Below, piece after piece: positions 12,509-25,579 of a stretch of 64,000 nt of DNA (positions are counted from its first letter, which is position 1; each line of letters begins with the position of its first letter). The position numbers were made by a program, and so were the translations under genes. Below the pieces are notes generated by a model that did no database searches, was not told where the DNA came from, and saw only the letters and a list, made by a program, of their open reading frames with translations. Origin of the DNA: Lama guanicoe (lineage: Eukaryota); the NCBI GenBank assembly GCA_013239625.1, contig MU054220.1, positions 7,599,367 through 7,663,366 of the forward strand, written 5' to 3'.

Positions 12509-12948
12509 TGGTTGCAGTTACTTCTTTAGGGCTCCTGTAATAAAGAATCGCAAGCTGGGTGATTTAAAAACAACAGAAATGTATTTTCTTAAGAGCCTGG
12601 AAGCGAGAAGCTGGAAACCGAGTTTTTGGCAGCACGATCTCCCCCCAAAGCCGCGAGGGGAGGATGCTGACTTTCGCCTCTGCTGGCTTCCCAGATGTTC
12701 GCTGGCTCGTGGACACATCCCTCAAAACTCTGCCTCTCTCTTCACGTGGCCCGTCTCCCGGTGCATCTGTCTTCCCATCATTTCCCCTCTTCGTACAAGT
12801 CATGTCAGAATAAGGACCACCCCTACTCAAGCAGGCACTTAGCTGATCTAATTACACCTGTGACGATCTGATTTCAAATTAAGGTCGCATCCCGAGGTAC
12901 TGAGGGGCAGGACATATCTTTTCGAGAAACACAATTCAGCCTGTAGCA
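12509..12948 (-). mobile_element. MaLR solo LTR (MLT1C/B-like)
   Basis: agggctcctgtaataaagaatcgcaagctgggtgatttaaaaacaacagaaatgtatt ... aaggtcgcatcccgaggtactgagggg..acacaattcagcc matches MLT1 antisense. Confidence 0.85.
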
Positions 12949-15900
12949 CTAGTCCTTTTCGGCAGGTGAAGGTAGGTTCTTGGCAGAAAACATTAAGCTT
13001 TAAGTGGGGAACACAGATGGTGTTGGCCACAAGACTGGCTCAGGCCTGGCTTTCCTGGAAAACAAAACAACCTGCAGGGGAATCGAAATGAATTAAATCC
13101 CGAGAGTCTTTCCACCCAAATTCCCTTTACCGATCGTCGGAATGTGCCCTTAGGACTATTCTGTTTTGAATGAATGTTTTATGTTCATTATAATTCACAG
13201 TTAATGCTTTGAACTGTGTTGTTTTTTATACCCTAAGATTAAATGAGTTTATCAGCTTTTTGCTGAAGGCACTTTTTCAATTCCTAATGTAGAGGGTAGC
13301 AGGGCAGTGGATAACTCTCAATTTAAATAGAAATTAAGACAATCAGAAGAGAACCTTGAAATCTGTTGAATCAGGGGCATTGGGAGCGGGGGAATTCTAC
13401 CCAAGTACTCACTATACTCTCTATTGTATTGTGAAAACATGACAAGAACATTAAAAAAAAAAAAACCCAAAATGACACACTGCCTAAACATAATGTGAGG
13501 ACTGGGAGGAGACGGAAGTGACTTTTTCTTCCTTCCTCCACTCAATGCCCCAAATTATTACGCTTAATGAGTGCTAATGAATTTCCATCTTCACGTTGAT
13601 TTAATTCCTCAATTGCACTGTGAGCCTGGTTTTACTCTTTGTCTATTTGTTTGGTGTTTTTGCCTTGGTTCTCATGTATCTCCTGAAAGTTGAGTATCTA
13701 AAAGAGCAAGTAAAATGAAAGTGCACGTCAAAGATGGATTCAGATTGATCGCCTGGACAGGTAGAAATATACTCTTAAACAAGCCTGCTTCTTGCAAGGA
13801 TGTTTTCTTAAAGCCTTATGTTACTTTAAAGCCCCAGAGAGGTTTATTTGTTTTTAAAAGTTGAAGAGTACACATTAATGGACTAAAATCTGAGCTTACC
13901 AAATTTCTACTGGTATTTTTCATCAGTATGGATAGATGTTTATTTTACCAAATGACTCAGCTTATTAATCACCATGATATAGATGTCAACTTCTCCCCTC
14001 ACATCCTTTTCTTTGAAATATAAAAGCAGGTTGGACCAGCACAAGAGACCAGTCTTCTGTAGTTTCTACAGAAGGTAATAAACATACACGGCCTTCTAAG
14101 TATTGGCCCATTAAGTTTCTGCAGTTTCTGCATTTTAAAATTTTTGATAAGACAGAAAAGAAAAAGACAATTGTACCGGCATTTGCATGCCCTATTGGTG
14201 TGCCCAGCCCTGTGCTCTGACAGTGGAGCAGCAAATCCTAACTGCCTAAGAGAACACACTGGTGATGAGACAAGAGCATTCTGCAGTCACCAGTCAGCAG
14301 AGTCTCCAAGAGCTACAGAGTCCTGGAAACCATGTGTAAGAGTGAAATTGGTTGAGTGTACGCCAAAAAAGGGATACCATAGGCCTGGTCAGAAAGAACA
14401 CTGTACTGTTCTTGGGGTCAGCCTCCTTTCTCCCTTCTGTACTTCTTTCTCAGACCCATTGGGCACTGGGTCTGTTCTGAGTCTGCATTCTCCTTGAAGC
14501 CAGGATACTGAGCTTTTGAGTCAGTTGCACTCAAGGCTGTTAATTCTTCATTTCCATGAGGATTATATCCTACCGCCCAATAGGAAGGATGTGGGAACTG
14601 GAGTTCTACTTTCAAATGTGTCTCTTAAAAAAAAAAAAACTCACAACAGGACACAGGAGGATGTGGAAGCTGTTATCTTGGCATCTCAGGGAACACAGTC
14701 TAGCACATGAGGTTTTCATCGCCACTGGGAGTGGAACGAGTACAAAGTCTTTCTTGTAGCACGAAATGAATGCTTCTCTGTGGTTTAAAGAAACCACGAA
14801 ACCCCTTCTCATAACAGGGAAAAGAAAGGTTGTACTTGGATGAAACCAAATGTTGATAGATGAAGAATCCACACTGAAATCAAACGGCCCAGCGGGGAAC
14901 TCAGTGAGTCACCTTTCCCTTTAGACGCAGATAAGATTGCCTACCTGAAAAACATGCCCCTGTGAACTTCAAAAACCTCTAAGCCATCCGACACTTCCAG
15001 CATCGCCCTGTCCAATAGCCAACCGCAGTTTATACTTTCACTGTTTTTCACTGGTTCTGCATAACTTATTTCTGTGTGTGTTTTGGGCGTTGGGGATAGT
15101 TGTGAAAGGAATGGACATGTAAATGTTTCAAATTTTCCATTGTTCTCTAAACTTCTTTGTTCCAATATTTTGTACTCCCTAAGCATCATAGTCTCTGAGA
15201 ACTTCATGGCACCGGGAAGACTACTCTACTATTTTAAGCACATGCTTATCAACGTGGCAAATTTACCTTGTCCTCAAAACCGGCTTTCCTGCCGAACGTT
15301 CCCCATCTGACTGATCTGGTTGTGCTAGCTTCTGGACCACCTCAGAAATTTCTACTGAACTCTTCTATGGTCTTATCACAATATGCTATAGTTTATAAAT
15401 TCCTTAAATATCCCTTAAGAATTATTTTCTTTGTTGTGTCTCTGGTGCATAGCACAGGATCTGGCAGAGAATAGGTACTCAAGGTGTTGCTACTGAGGTA
15501 ACTGCGCGGATGAATGAAGAATGATGAGATAAACCAATGGAGAAATCTAAACATGGTGAGGGACTGTTATCAAATTCCTGAGTGGTAGTCCCAGGATAGC
15601 TTGCAGTCCCACGTGGTCCTTTGTTCATTTGTTTACTTATGTTTCATTGATGTGTTTATTTGGCAAATATTCCTTAAGGAGCCACTCTGTCTCGAGATTA
15701 TAATAGACACAGGGGTGTATCAATGGATAAGGCTGTTTTTGCTCTTGAATGACTGAAAGATAACCATGCTCGTGGTTCATCTTCGTTTGGAGACTTTTCC
15801 CTCCTTTAATCAGCGAAGGTGCAAGTACACCACAAAAGAGAATGCTCAGCATCACGGCCGGTGTTCCAGCCTATAAATATCTCTAGCTGAAAGCGTGACC

Positions 15901-17859
15901 AAGACTCCATGGTGGGGATTACCCAGCAAAAAGGCAAAAAGGGAGCTTCATAGCTGCAAAGCCACTTCTGTTATTTACTAATTGCTTTTGACCTTCCAGG
16001 CAGCACACTCCTGCTCCATCACTGCTCTCTGATTTATGGAGTTAGCCCACGTTCCTTTGTTCTGATGGTGATGGTTTGCTCTAAAAGTGGTTGTGCCCTC
16101 GCCGTCCCTTCACTCACTTATAAAAATGAGATGCTACATTTTCAGGAGCTGTTTCCCCAAGGACAATTTTTAAATAATAACAGCTGTAGTAATAACCACT
16201 GTGCAAACACCTGGAATCACAGATACATTTACACATCTTTAAAATAACTAAAAGTGATTTGTTACATTTTTGCAATGGATTCAATAATTTCAAGTTCCAA
16301 AATGATACAAATCTTAAGCGAATATTTCAGGTTTAAAAATCTATAGTTTTTTTAAGAAAAAAACTAAGTGTGAAAATCAGACTTATTCTCATAAATTAAT
16401 GTGATCTTGTCACAGTGTCTGTTTAGGAAAAGTAGATTTAGGTTAGACTGTAGTCACCTGCACACCCATTCTTCTGGCTAATTAATGAATTATATTTACT
16501 GACAGGGGACATTGTCTTTCTTCCTCGTGATGGAGCACATTTTTATCCCCATTTAAGTTGATCATGATGTTTACCAAGGTAAATATATTCTTGCAACATT
16601 AACTAATATGAAAAGAATAACTTTTTTTCTGAGAGATTCAGGATAACACTGTCAATATTTCAAATTTTCATGGTAGCTGTGTCTCAATCAGAAGTATAAA
16701 CTTAAATAGTTCTATTTGTGAATTATCCTTTTAATTTTTTTTCTGTTTCTCTCACCAGCCACTGTCTTACCTTCTCCCCACCCGCTTACTGGTGCGGCTT
16801 TCACATAAACGCATTCTACAGTTGAAATAGGTAAGGTTTGCTGAAATGTCCATCTGGTATCTCCTATCAAGCCTGGCATGCTGGGTTAAGTATATGGGAA
16901 TAGCATGTGAACGATTTAAACTAGTCTACTTTTGCAACATCTCGCATGGTGATGTTTCCTGGGAAGATGATTTTAACTGGTACTTTCATGCATTAAAAGA
17001 AAACAAAAAGCTTTCTAAATATTAAGGATACTTACAAAATATTAGGGAAGAATAAGTACTTATAATGACCACGGAGCGAGTACAAGTCACACGCAGGAGA
17101 GGCATATACTGCTTTCTTTTTTAATTTGAGGATATTGGCATTTAGAAGTCTCTCAATTAACAAATATATAAAACACTTTTTTTTGTTAATACGGTAACTT
17201 CTGTTTTATGTTTAGCCAGAGTCCCGTTACCCAATAGATATAAAAGGATTTAAGTCTATTTTTCTTTGGATATTGTACTCTGAAGAATTGTGACCTTAAA
17301 CAATTTATGCGGAATGACTGCTTTAATTAGAGCATCAATTAGCAAACATTCATCACATCGTTGTTAAGAGTTATGCTATGGAGGTACTTGAAATTACAGA
17401 CTTTTTTGCCCTTTTGCTCAATAACTTTTACATAAGATTAAGGGATACATATACAAGCATAACAAGTGTCTGAGGATACATTTCCTTTTGCTTGAAGTAT
17501 GTTTTTTCCATGTCCTTGAATTTTCACTTCAAGCATACCTCCTCCAAGAAACCTTACTGGACACCCCCCTCTACGTTAGATGCTTCATGTCTGTATTCTC
17601 ATAGGACGGAAGGGGGTAATCAATATTGGGTCAAACTCTAAAACAACCCAAAGGTGGAAAAGAGCAGTTTGGCTTGGATATTTAGGGAAGTTTTCCCAAA
17701 GGAGGCACAGTTTATGTTGAAAACTGAGGGACTGCTAATTCTGGCTTTGTAGAAAGGAGATGCAAGGAACTTCTAGTGATTTTCAATAAAATCTAAAAGA
17801 GTGTGAGCCTTTCCAATCAGTTCAGAAAGAGTAAAATGTCCAATTACATGATGTTAGGA

Positions 17860-18460
17860 CATGGAAAAGTTAAATTTATTTCCTTACTTCACACTAACAA
17901 TAAAATTAATTCCAGTTGAATTAAAAAAATGTAAACCAAAACTACTGTTTTGAATTATTAGATAAAAAATACCAGAGAATCACTGTATCATCTTGGTTAA
18001 ACAAGATACTTTCTTAAAACCACAAAAACAAAAACTATCAAACAGATTCACAAATAACATCAAAATTTTAAGTATACCGAATAACAAAAGCTGGGATAAA
18101 CAAAGTTAAATGAGACAGTAGCCTGGGAGAAATTGATTACAACATATATAACTAATAACGAAATTATACCCAGAATATATAAAGATCACCTACCATTAAA
18201 TACAAAGCAAACAAATGAAAACTGTCATTTAGAAAAATATGCAAAACCAATAGGCAGAAGGAGCCACAGAAAAAAAGACATAATTGCCTTATAAATATAT
18301 AAAATAATGTCTAATATTTTTAACCAAAATTCGAAAAGTAGTAATAGTGACTTTTTTATCAGTATTGGCAAAAGTCAAAATATTTTATGCTATCGAAGTT
18401 CAGCAAAGTCATGAGGAAATTGGCACAATTATTTACTGCTGGGCGGTATGACTTGGTTTA
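17860..18460 (+). mobile_element. Old L1 (L1ME-like) ORF2 3' fragment
   Basis: ccttacttcacac..aaaattaattccagttgaattaaa; gcctgggagaaattgattacaacatatataac. Confidence 0.65.
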
Positions 18461-18619
18461 GCTCATGGTAAGTCAGGCAGCAGAGTGAACACGGTTCATA
18501 TTCATGGCTACCGATCAAGCCTGACTAGGTTTTTCCCCATTGAGAGGTATTTCAACACTGTGTTTCTTAAAATAGATCTAACACAGAAGTCAGAGCTCAA
18601 ACACAGGCCCCCTTTCAGT

Positions 18620-18925
18620 GGAAATCATGGCAGCCTGGACAGACGCAAGGGAGACGCATGGAGACGATCACAGGTAGGAGTGGCATCAGTAGGGGTCCCG
18701 CTAACGCTCAAGGAGGCAGATGCAGTGGCTGTGAGGCCTGTAGAAACCAGCTCTGCAGTGCAGGCTGGGACATTGGTCCTTGAAGCATAGACTTGATTCA
18801 GGAAGAAGATTTTCCAGGCCTTCCAATCACTTTGTGAACCTCCCAATAGCCTTTTAAAAATACTTCTTTCTGCTCAACCAGCCAGAGTCGGCTTCCACTG
18901 GGTTTAGCCAAAAACATTCATTGAT
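18620..18925 (+). mobile_element. ERVL/MaLR LTR remnant
   Basis: The 3' end ttctttctgctcaaccagccagagtcggcttcc resembles ERVL/MaLR LTR tails. Confidence 0.45.
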
Positions 18926-18935
18926 AGCAATTTTA

Positions 18936-19035
18936 TGGAAAAGGAAAGAAAGGAAAGGAAAGGAAAGGAAAAGGGAAGGAAAGGGAAAGGGAAGGAAAAG
19001 GTAAGGAAAAAGAAAGGGAGGAAGGAAGGGGGAGA
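18936..19035. repeat. (GGAAA)n / purine-rich tract
   Basis: Directly visible. Confidence 0.9.
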
Positions 19036-19431
19036 AAAAGTTGTCCCACCTTATAATAACAAAACATACCACAGCACACAGCTTGAGACATTCTGACCAT
19101 AGGTACACTGTGCAGTAATAATAATAATAATAATAAAATGAGAAACATATATATTCCCATGAATTGGGAAATGGATAATAAGATATAGTATAGTCACACA
19201 ACTTAATCTGTATTTATAAAAGACAAATTTACATAAAACATACCCCCTATAAAAACACAGCTTGCATGTCTTTTATTTTTACATAACTATCTGTATATCT
19301 ACACCATTTTCAATCCAATGGGAGGCAGGGAGGTAGAGGAGAAACCAAAAGTGGAAAATGAGAAATTGAAACTCCAGTGTCGTTTATCATGTATCACATT
19401 TTTGTACCAGTCTCAAAATATCAATAACCAA

Positions 19432-20002
19432 TGTTATGGTTGGATCTGCCCTTGTGATTCTCTTCTGATCGCATGAAACTCTTCCACAATAATCATCAGG
19501 AAATTTTGAAAAAGTAAAGACTTATTACTTACAAGACCTGGAAATCACACAGCACACCTGAGGCCACATGGCCAGCCAGGTCACTGGTAAAGGGAGAGGA
19601 CCAGGACCTGGGCTTCTGCTTTTATTAGGACTGAGGATGGGGGCCCTAGAGTTTTGTGGGCTCACTCTTTACTGGTGAATTTAAAACAGAGGAGCAGAAA
19701 TTTAAAGCACAGGAAGAGATTTAAAAAAAAAAAGGGAGGGGGGGGAAACTAAGTGATCATTTATTGAAATCAACCAATCAGCCAAGACCTCTAAAACAAA
19801 GGAGCTCTCAGTTGGGGAGGTGGCGGGTGGCCTGGCTCCTTACCTGGTCTTGTGGCTGGCAATGTGTTTATTCCAGATAGCAGTCTTTGAAAGGAATGCC
19901 CCTTTGAAATGGATGCCTCCGCTGTCACAGCTGAAGTCACACACTTGCTTCTACAAAAAAACAAAAAGGGGAAAAAAAAAAAAAATCAGGGCTTACACTA
20001 CA
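19432..20002 (-). mobile_element. ERV solo LTR (TG...CA termini), family uncertain
   Basis: Begins tgttatgg and ends cttacactaca; about 570 bp; minus-strand AATAAAAGCAGAAGCCC typical of LTR R regions. Confidence 0.6.
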
Positions 20003-20094
20003 ATCACTCAAAGGAAAATGTATTCCCATCTTTCTAATAAATTAAAAATAAATTTAAATGCCAGTGTCTCTGAAATTCTTCAAAGAAGTATAAA

Positions 20095-20496
20095 TGAAAA
20101 ATAAACAGACTTTATTATAAATGAGTACACATAAATCAATAAATTAAATTTCCAGTATTGATACTTTAATTGAAGTACGATGATGAGATATGATTAAATG
20201 GAAATGTTTTTTGCTAGATTCAAGACCTTCCAAGACCAACATTCACGCTGACAGGAACTTTTGAAAGATGTTTGAAAGATGATTTATACGGTCTCAAAAG
20301 GCAGAGTGGTACCTAGTTCTTATTTCAAAATGTACGATGTGTACCCACAAATGAGATTCGAAGTTGAAAGATCTTTTGTATCTAGAACAGCATCTCCTTT
20401 GCAAAGTGCATTTCTTTTAGAATCAAGATTAAGAAATACTACTATGTAAGGATGAGGTTTTTTCGGTTTTCCCCTATCCCCCGAAGATGTCAGTTT
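20095..20496 (-). other. Candidate terminal exon of a minus-strand transcript
   Basis: Acceptor ttaactcctgatttgactcttgcag|; AATAAA on the minus strand at 20116-20111 followed by a U-rich tract; several ATTTA motifs upstream of the signal. Confidence 0.45.
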
Positions 20497-21306
20497 CTGC
20501 AAGAGTCAAATCAGGAGTTAAATTTACTTTTTAAAATGAGGTTTTCGAATTATAAAGCAGATTATAACCATGCCCCAGAGCCATCTTCTTTTTATTGCAT
20601 TACCCTTACATAGAAGCCATCGTGATTCTGATGGCAGAGATTAGCTTGAGTAGGTGGTACTGAGTTAATTCATATCCCGGTTGCCCTGGGAGACCTAAAT
20701 TTAAGCTGCCTATTCTTTTCCAGGGCAAGAAATAAAAACGAGTCGAGTGCCATATTCCTGGTGCTGTGCATTTCAAAACCTAGGCTTTGTCTCATTTCTT
20801 CTCATAGAGCTACCATTTATTTGCATTTTCTTCACAAGAGAGGTTTTACACTGCCAGCTTGGTTTGAACATCAGGAAAACCAAAAAGAGGTTGTTGAACA
20901 TACAGCTTTAGAGTTTAGGCACTACGCAAAATGAATGGATCCGTGAATAAGTTGAATGGTGATTTTGCTCATTCATTCACTCGTAAATCATTCAAAGGCA
21001 GCACGTTTAAAAAAAATCACCAAGTGCGTTAAAATCATAGTTAGAGATTGCTCACTACGGTAGTAAATGTGGGAGCTGTGCCTGCATCTCAGTGACCCTG
21101 CATTTGAGAAACATCTGCTGAGTGATTTCTCTGAGCCATTATGCCAGGCCCTGAGTGTACAAAGATAAAGACATCAATGTCATTATTTCCAATGAGGATT
21201 TGCAGTCTGGGTGATCAGATGTATACACTGATTTTTTTCAAAAAAATTCAGAGCAAAGTGAGATGTGTCTTGGTATATTCCATAATTCCTCTAATGGCAC
21301 TCTGCC

Positions 21307-21370
21307 TATATATATATATTATATATATATATATATAAATAATATATATATATTAAAAATTATATATAAA
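21307..21370. repeat. (TA)n low-complexity tract
   Basis: Directly visible. Confidence 0.9.
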
Positions 21371-21943
21371 AAATACTTACCAAATATTTATCGAGTGAAT
21401 TGATAGTTACAGCCAAAGTTCATTACAAACACCAAAGCATTCGTTACAGGACGTCCTTCTTTCCCAACCTCTTTGACTTGAGGAAACTAACGAATACGGA
21501 AGCAGGTCTATGGTTTTATTACCCCATTCACTGTTGTAATAGGATTGAAGGGTTCACGCTAGCTGCTACCCGTATCAGCACTGATTAAAATCAACACACC
21601 CTTTGTGCCTAAAGTATTCCCTGTGGCTACCCAAAGGGAAATCTCCCCTGCTCTTCTGCAGCCTTTGATTAAGAAAAAGAAAGGGACAAGAAGCATAGTC
21701 AAAAGCTGCCTGACCTTTTTGTACAGAGCTGTTGTCAAGACTGCTAGCATTTGGCGCTCGTATGATCAGAAATTGCAGCAGTGCTGCATAAAATAGAGTC
21801 AAATGACGGCTCTGCATGTAAAACAAGGCTCTGAGTGTCTCTTCCTGCACCCTCCTCTGAAAGCCTTCTCCCAGTGCTTGCTGTCTCCATGGTAACAGCA
21901 TCACTGGGATTCTGTTGAAGTGTGTTTTGAAAGCTGTCTTTAC

Positions 21944-22001
21944 CTGAGAAGTTTGCATATGACACAGCTGTCCATAATTCTGGCTGTCTTGGATTATTTT
22001 T
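21944..22001 (-). other. Candidate internal exon (58 nt)
   Basis: Acceptor tattctttaccttttttgatag| and donor CAG|GTAAAG in unique sequence. Confidence 0.4.
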
Positions 22002-22234
22002 CTATCAAAAAAGGTAAAGAATAGCATTTGCTTATGAATGATCAGGAACCTGTTTTTTTTTTAATTTTTGTGTAGTATTCCAAATAATTATGATGCCCAA
22101 AGTGTCATGAGGCTACTTAAGTGTTACATGTACAGTTTTAATAAATTAATAAATAAATAAAACTAAGCTTGGCCAAAGCATTTGAATATGCTTCCAGGCT
22201 GCAGAAAACATCCACGGCAAGGCACGATCAAGAA

Positions 22235-22364
22235 CCAGGAGGCGTGAGTTTTTGTGCAGGTGCTGCTGCAGACTAGTGTTGTAATCTCGGTCATGTCAAG
22301 TCTGCCAGGACTCAGTTTTCTCATCTAGAAAGTAAGGCTAAAGGAGATGAGGTCAAAACCATCT
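22235..22364 (+). mobile_element. MIR fragment
   Basis: actcagttttctcatctagaaagtaagg MIR core. Confidence 0.55.
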
Positions 22365-22881
22365 TGTAACCATCATAGACCAGTTCAGCCTGGCCCTATC
22401 ATATCAATAACAGAACGTCAAACTTATCTTGCAGGGGCAATGAATCAAAACTTCAAGTCATGGAAAAGGAGCATGTGCAGAAGAGGAAATTTTGACTTAG
22501 AGATAATACTGGAAACAAAGTTTCTCCCTTTAACAAAACCAGAGGACCAGGACATGGCTGGAACTCAAAGGCCAGAACTTTTGAAGAACAGGTTCTGTGA
22601 TCCAGGAAGATCCAGTGTAAAAGCCCGTTTTCATACCTTACCGTAAATGGTCTTGTTTAAGGTCCCTCCAGTCAAAATCTGTCCTGCCAGCACTTCCACA
22701 TACCAGCTGGTCCTCCCCTAACTCATAAATTTTGACTGAACCCCAGATCAGGGAGACAAATTTGAGTATGCCCCCTGTCTGCTTGCTGGTGGACTTTGCA
22801 ATCAAGCTTTCTTTTGTCAAAAGCCTGTGCCAGCCATAGTATTGGCTTCTTTATCAGGCAGCAAGCCCTTGCTCGGTAACA
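22365..22881 (+). mobile_element. ERV1-class solo LTR (MER34/MER39-group-like)
   Basis: TGTAACC...GGTAACA termini; flanks ATCT/CTCT (4-bp TSD with one mismatch); tail ccatagtattggcttc..gctcggtaaca. Confidence 0.75.
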
Positions 22882-23138
22882 CTCTCTTTAACACTCCCTT
22901 ATTCTCTCTGTAAGTCAAAGAGGACTGGTGTTACTCAATGATTGATTCCATTGTCCCATTTTCCACTGATGATCATCTAATGCCCAATATTTTTTGTCTA
23001 TAATCATATTACCAGTTTTAATCAATGTTCTGTCTCTAATATTTTGTCGAGATCCTTGAAGAACACTGAGTCTGGCAACAGCATCATTGTGCATTTAATT
23101 TTTTATGTAAGTTCATAGAAAAGTCAATAAAGTGTAGA

Positions 23139-23328
23139 TCTGTGCTGTCCAATTCTCCAGCCTCTGGCCACATGTGGCTATTCAAAATGGAACTGAGGTT
23201 AATTGGAATTAAATTAAGTTAAAATTTATGTCCTTAATTGCACTAGCCACAAGTGGCTAAAAGCGACCATAGTGAACATCACAAATACAGAATATTTCCA
23301 TCACTGCAGATTCCATCGGACTTAGCGC
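23139..23328. mobile_element. MER3-like hAT-Charlie DNA transposon
   Basis: ctgtgctgtccaat..gccacatgtggctatt..gcactagccac..gaatatttccatcactgcaga. Confidence 0.8.
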
Positions 23329-23696
23329 AATTCTCATTTTTACCACAGGAGTGCCTTTCTCAGTCTTAAGCAAATAGAAAACAACAGCCTTGTGCTTGAG
23401 ACTTCTGTCCTGTTTATGAACTACTAAAAATGTGACTTTGGGGGAACAAACTAGTATTTGCAAGGTGACATTCTAATAGTGAGTAGAGTACCTAACATAA
23501 TATCTGAAAAAGTGTTTACTAAATGAATAACCCAATGAATTGATTAGTTCATTCAAAGCCGCATTTGGTAATTTTTTATCAAGTCTGAGAAAAACAACTT
23601 TAAGAAAAATAATTAGCTCTTTTAGTAGCAGCTGTTGAGAGAATTTTCCCAGTGAAATAAAACCAATGTCTAATATGGTTTTAATAAATTTGGAAC

Positions 23697-23890
23697 CATG
23701 GTCATAAACTCAAGTGCCTACATGTTCAGGAAGGTATGAATTTAAGGGACTGGATGTAAGAAACTTTAAGGATGAGCAAGCCTGTGCTAAACTGAGGAAA
23801 AACATTCTACTCGTTTCATGAAAAAGAAGCTAAAAACCTAAATATTTATGTGGAATTTCTTAAGTTTAAAATGTTGGCAAATAATTATAT
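23697..23890. mobile_element. MER102-like DNA transposon remnant
   Basis: ggtcataaactcaagtgcctaca ... tttatgtggaatttc..tttaaaatgttggcaa. Confidence 0.55.
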
Positions 23891-23896
23891 TGCTAT

Positions 23897-23910
23897 ATCA
23901 TCTATCTATC

Positions 23911-23945
<35 letters not shown>

Positions 23946-23954
23946 ATCTATCTA
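23897..23954. repeat. (TCTA)n tetranucleotide microsatellite
   Basis: Directly visible. Confidence 0.95.
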
Positions 23955-24639
23955 ATGAACTTGACTTGGTGTACACAGTACTATTCTGGGGTAAACAGTA
24001 GTTCAAGTAATTTTTTTAAGTTTTCTAAATCATGAAATTACAGCTTTAAGAAGTTATGGAAAGTCCGAATTTTCATAAATAAAAGGTGACAATGTCAAGA
24101 CGTAAACTTTAATGTCAATTTCTGTTTGCTTTTTCTTGAAAGAGCTTATGGTAAAGGCAACAACAACAACAAAAAATGTCCTGCCAAAGGGATTTGGATT
24201 CAAGAGTTACTAAAATTGGAACTAATAGGAAGATGTGCCAGCTACTTATTTCTGCATAACAAACTACCCCAAACTTACTACACTAAATTTTAGAAAATAC
24301 AATCTACTAAAAGGCTTTTTAAAAATCTTGACATAAAAAAGCATTTATTTTTTTAATTCATATATTCATTCCTTATTTATATTCATCAAATATTTATTAA
24401 ATTTCTACCATGATCCAGGTACCATATTAGCTCCACAGAAGACTAAGACACAACTTAGATGCTTATTTAATGAAATAAGAGCAACAGGTTTTCCAAGACA
24501 TATTGTAGAGGAAAGGTTATGTGCAAAAGACATGGCAGGTGATGAAATTATGTCCGCTTTTCTAATTTATTATTATTTCTTAAAATTTGGGGGACTAAAG
24601 AGGTTTAATTAATTTCCTCACAGGACGTCGTATGCAGTT

Positions 24640-25056
24640 GCAGTCATAAAAAGGCTAGTGTTGCTGTCTTCCTGCAGGTTTTCTTACTCAGATGTCTGAC
24701 GGTCCATGGTGGTGGTTCTCTGGGACCTACGTGGGAGTGTTGAGCTGAACATTGACGTATGATCCTTCTAAGCAGCTTGAGCTTCCTCACAACATGGTGG
24801 CTGGATTCCAAGGATGAGTATTCCAAGAGAAAGGGGCAGGTAGGTACTGTAACTCCTTTTACGACATGACTTCAGAAGTCACATGTATTATATTCACCAT
24901 AATCTATTAGACAAGGCAGTCGTAAAGACCTGCCGTTGTCCAAGGAGAAGGTGCCCAGGCCCTGCCTCTTGTGAGGGGCTTGGCCTGGTCATAGAAGAGC
25001 ATGTGGGACTGGAAATACTATTGCAGTTGTTTTATCGAAAAACACAATCTTCCACA
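24640..25056 (-). mobile_element. MaLR LTR (MLT1H-like); a further piece at about 24235-24285
   Basis: cttcctcacaacatggtggctgg..cttcagaagtcacatg..aatcttccaca. Confidence 0.75.
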
Positions 25057-25579
25057 GAGACTTACATGTTTCTTCTTTAATCTTTCTTTAACGAAGCATT
25101 CATTTTGTTCAGTCATTTATTCACTCACTATTTTTCAACACTATTTACTGAATTTCTACATGTTCCAGATACTATGTTAAGATTCTAGAAGGAAGAGACA
25201 CAATCTCCAACTTAGAAGCTGATCTAAGAAAATAATGGTAACGTGTGTTCCAAGTTCTATTGGAAAGACAAGAATAACACCCAGAGGAAACACAGAAGGG
25301 GATGTAAACATGCCAACCTGTCTCAAGTTAGAGGTCAGAGCTTCCTCCTACTGCTATGCTTGTGTTTCTCCAACACACACAGATCGAATACTACCCCTCC
25401 ACTGGTTTCGTCCACATACAGTACTGTTCACTGAACGTTCACCAACTCTTCATAAAGGGTTTCAGCTTCTATTTTTTTTAACTCTTTGCATTCAAATTTT
25501 AGTAATTTTGTAATATTAGAAAAATTCTATTTTTATATTGGAAGCTTTATTCTGGGTTGTACTGTCTTCTTTTTAAAAT

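Noticed and set aside
20680..20694. X-box-like GTTGCCCTGGGAGAC
   Set aside because: Degenerate, and the context resembles a MER94-like transposon end.
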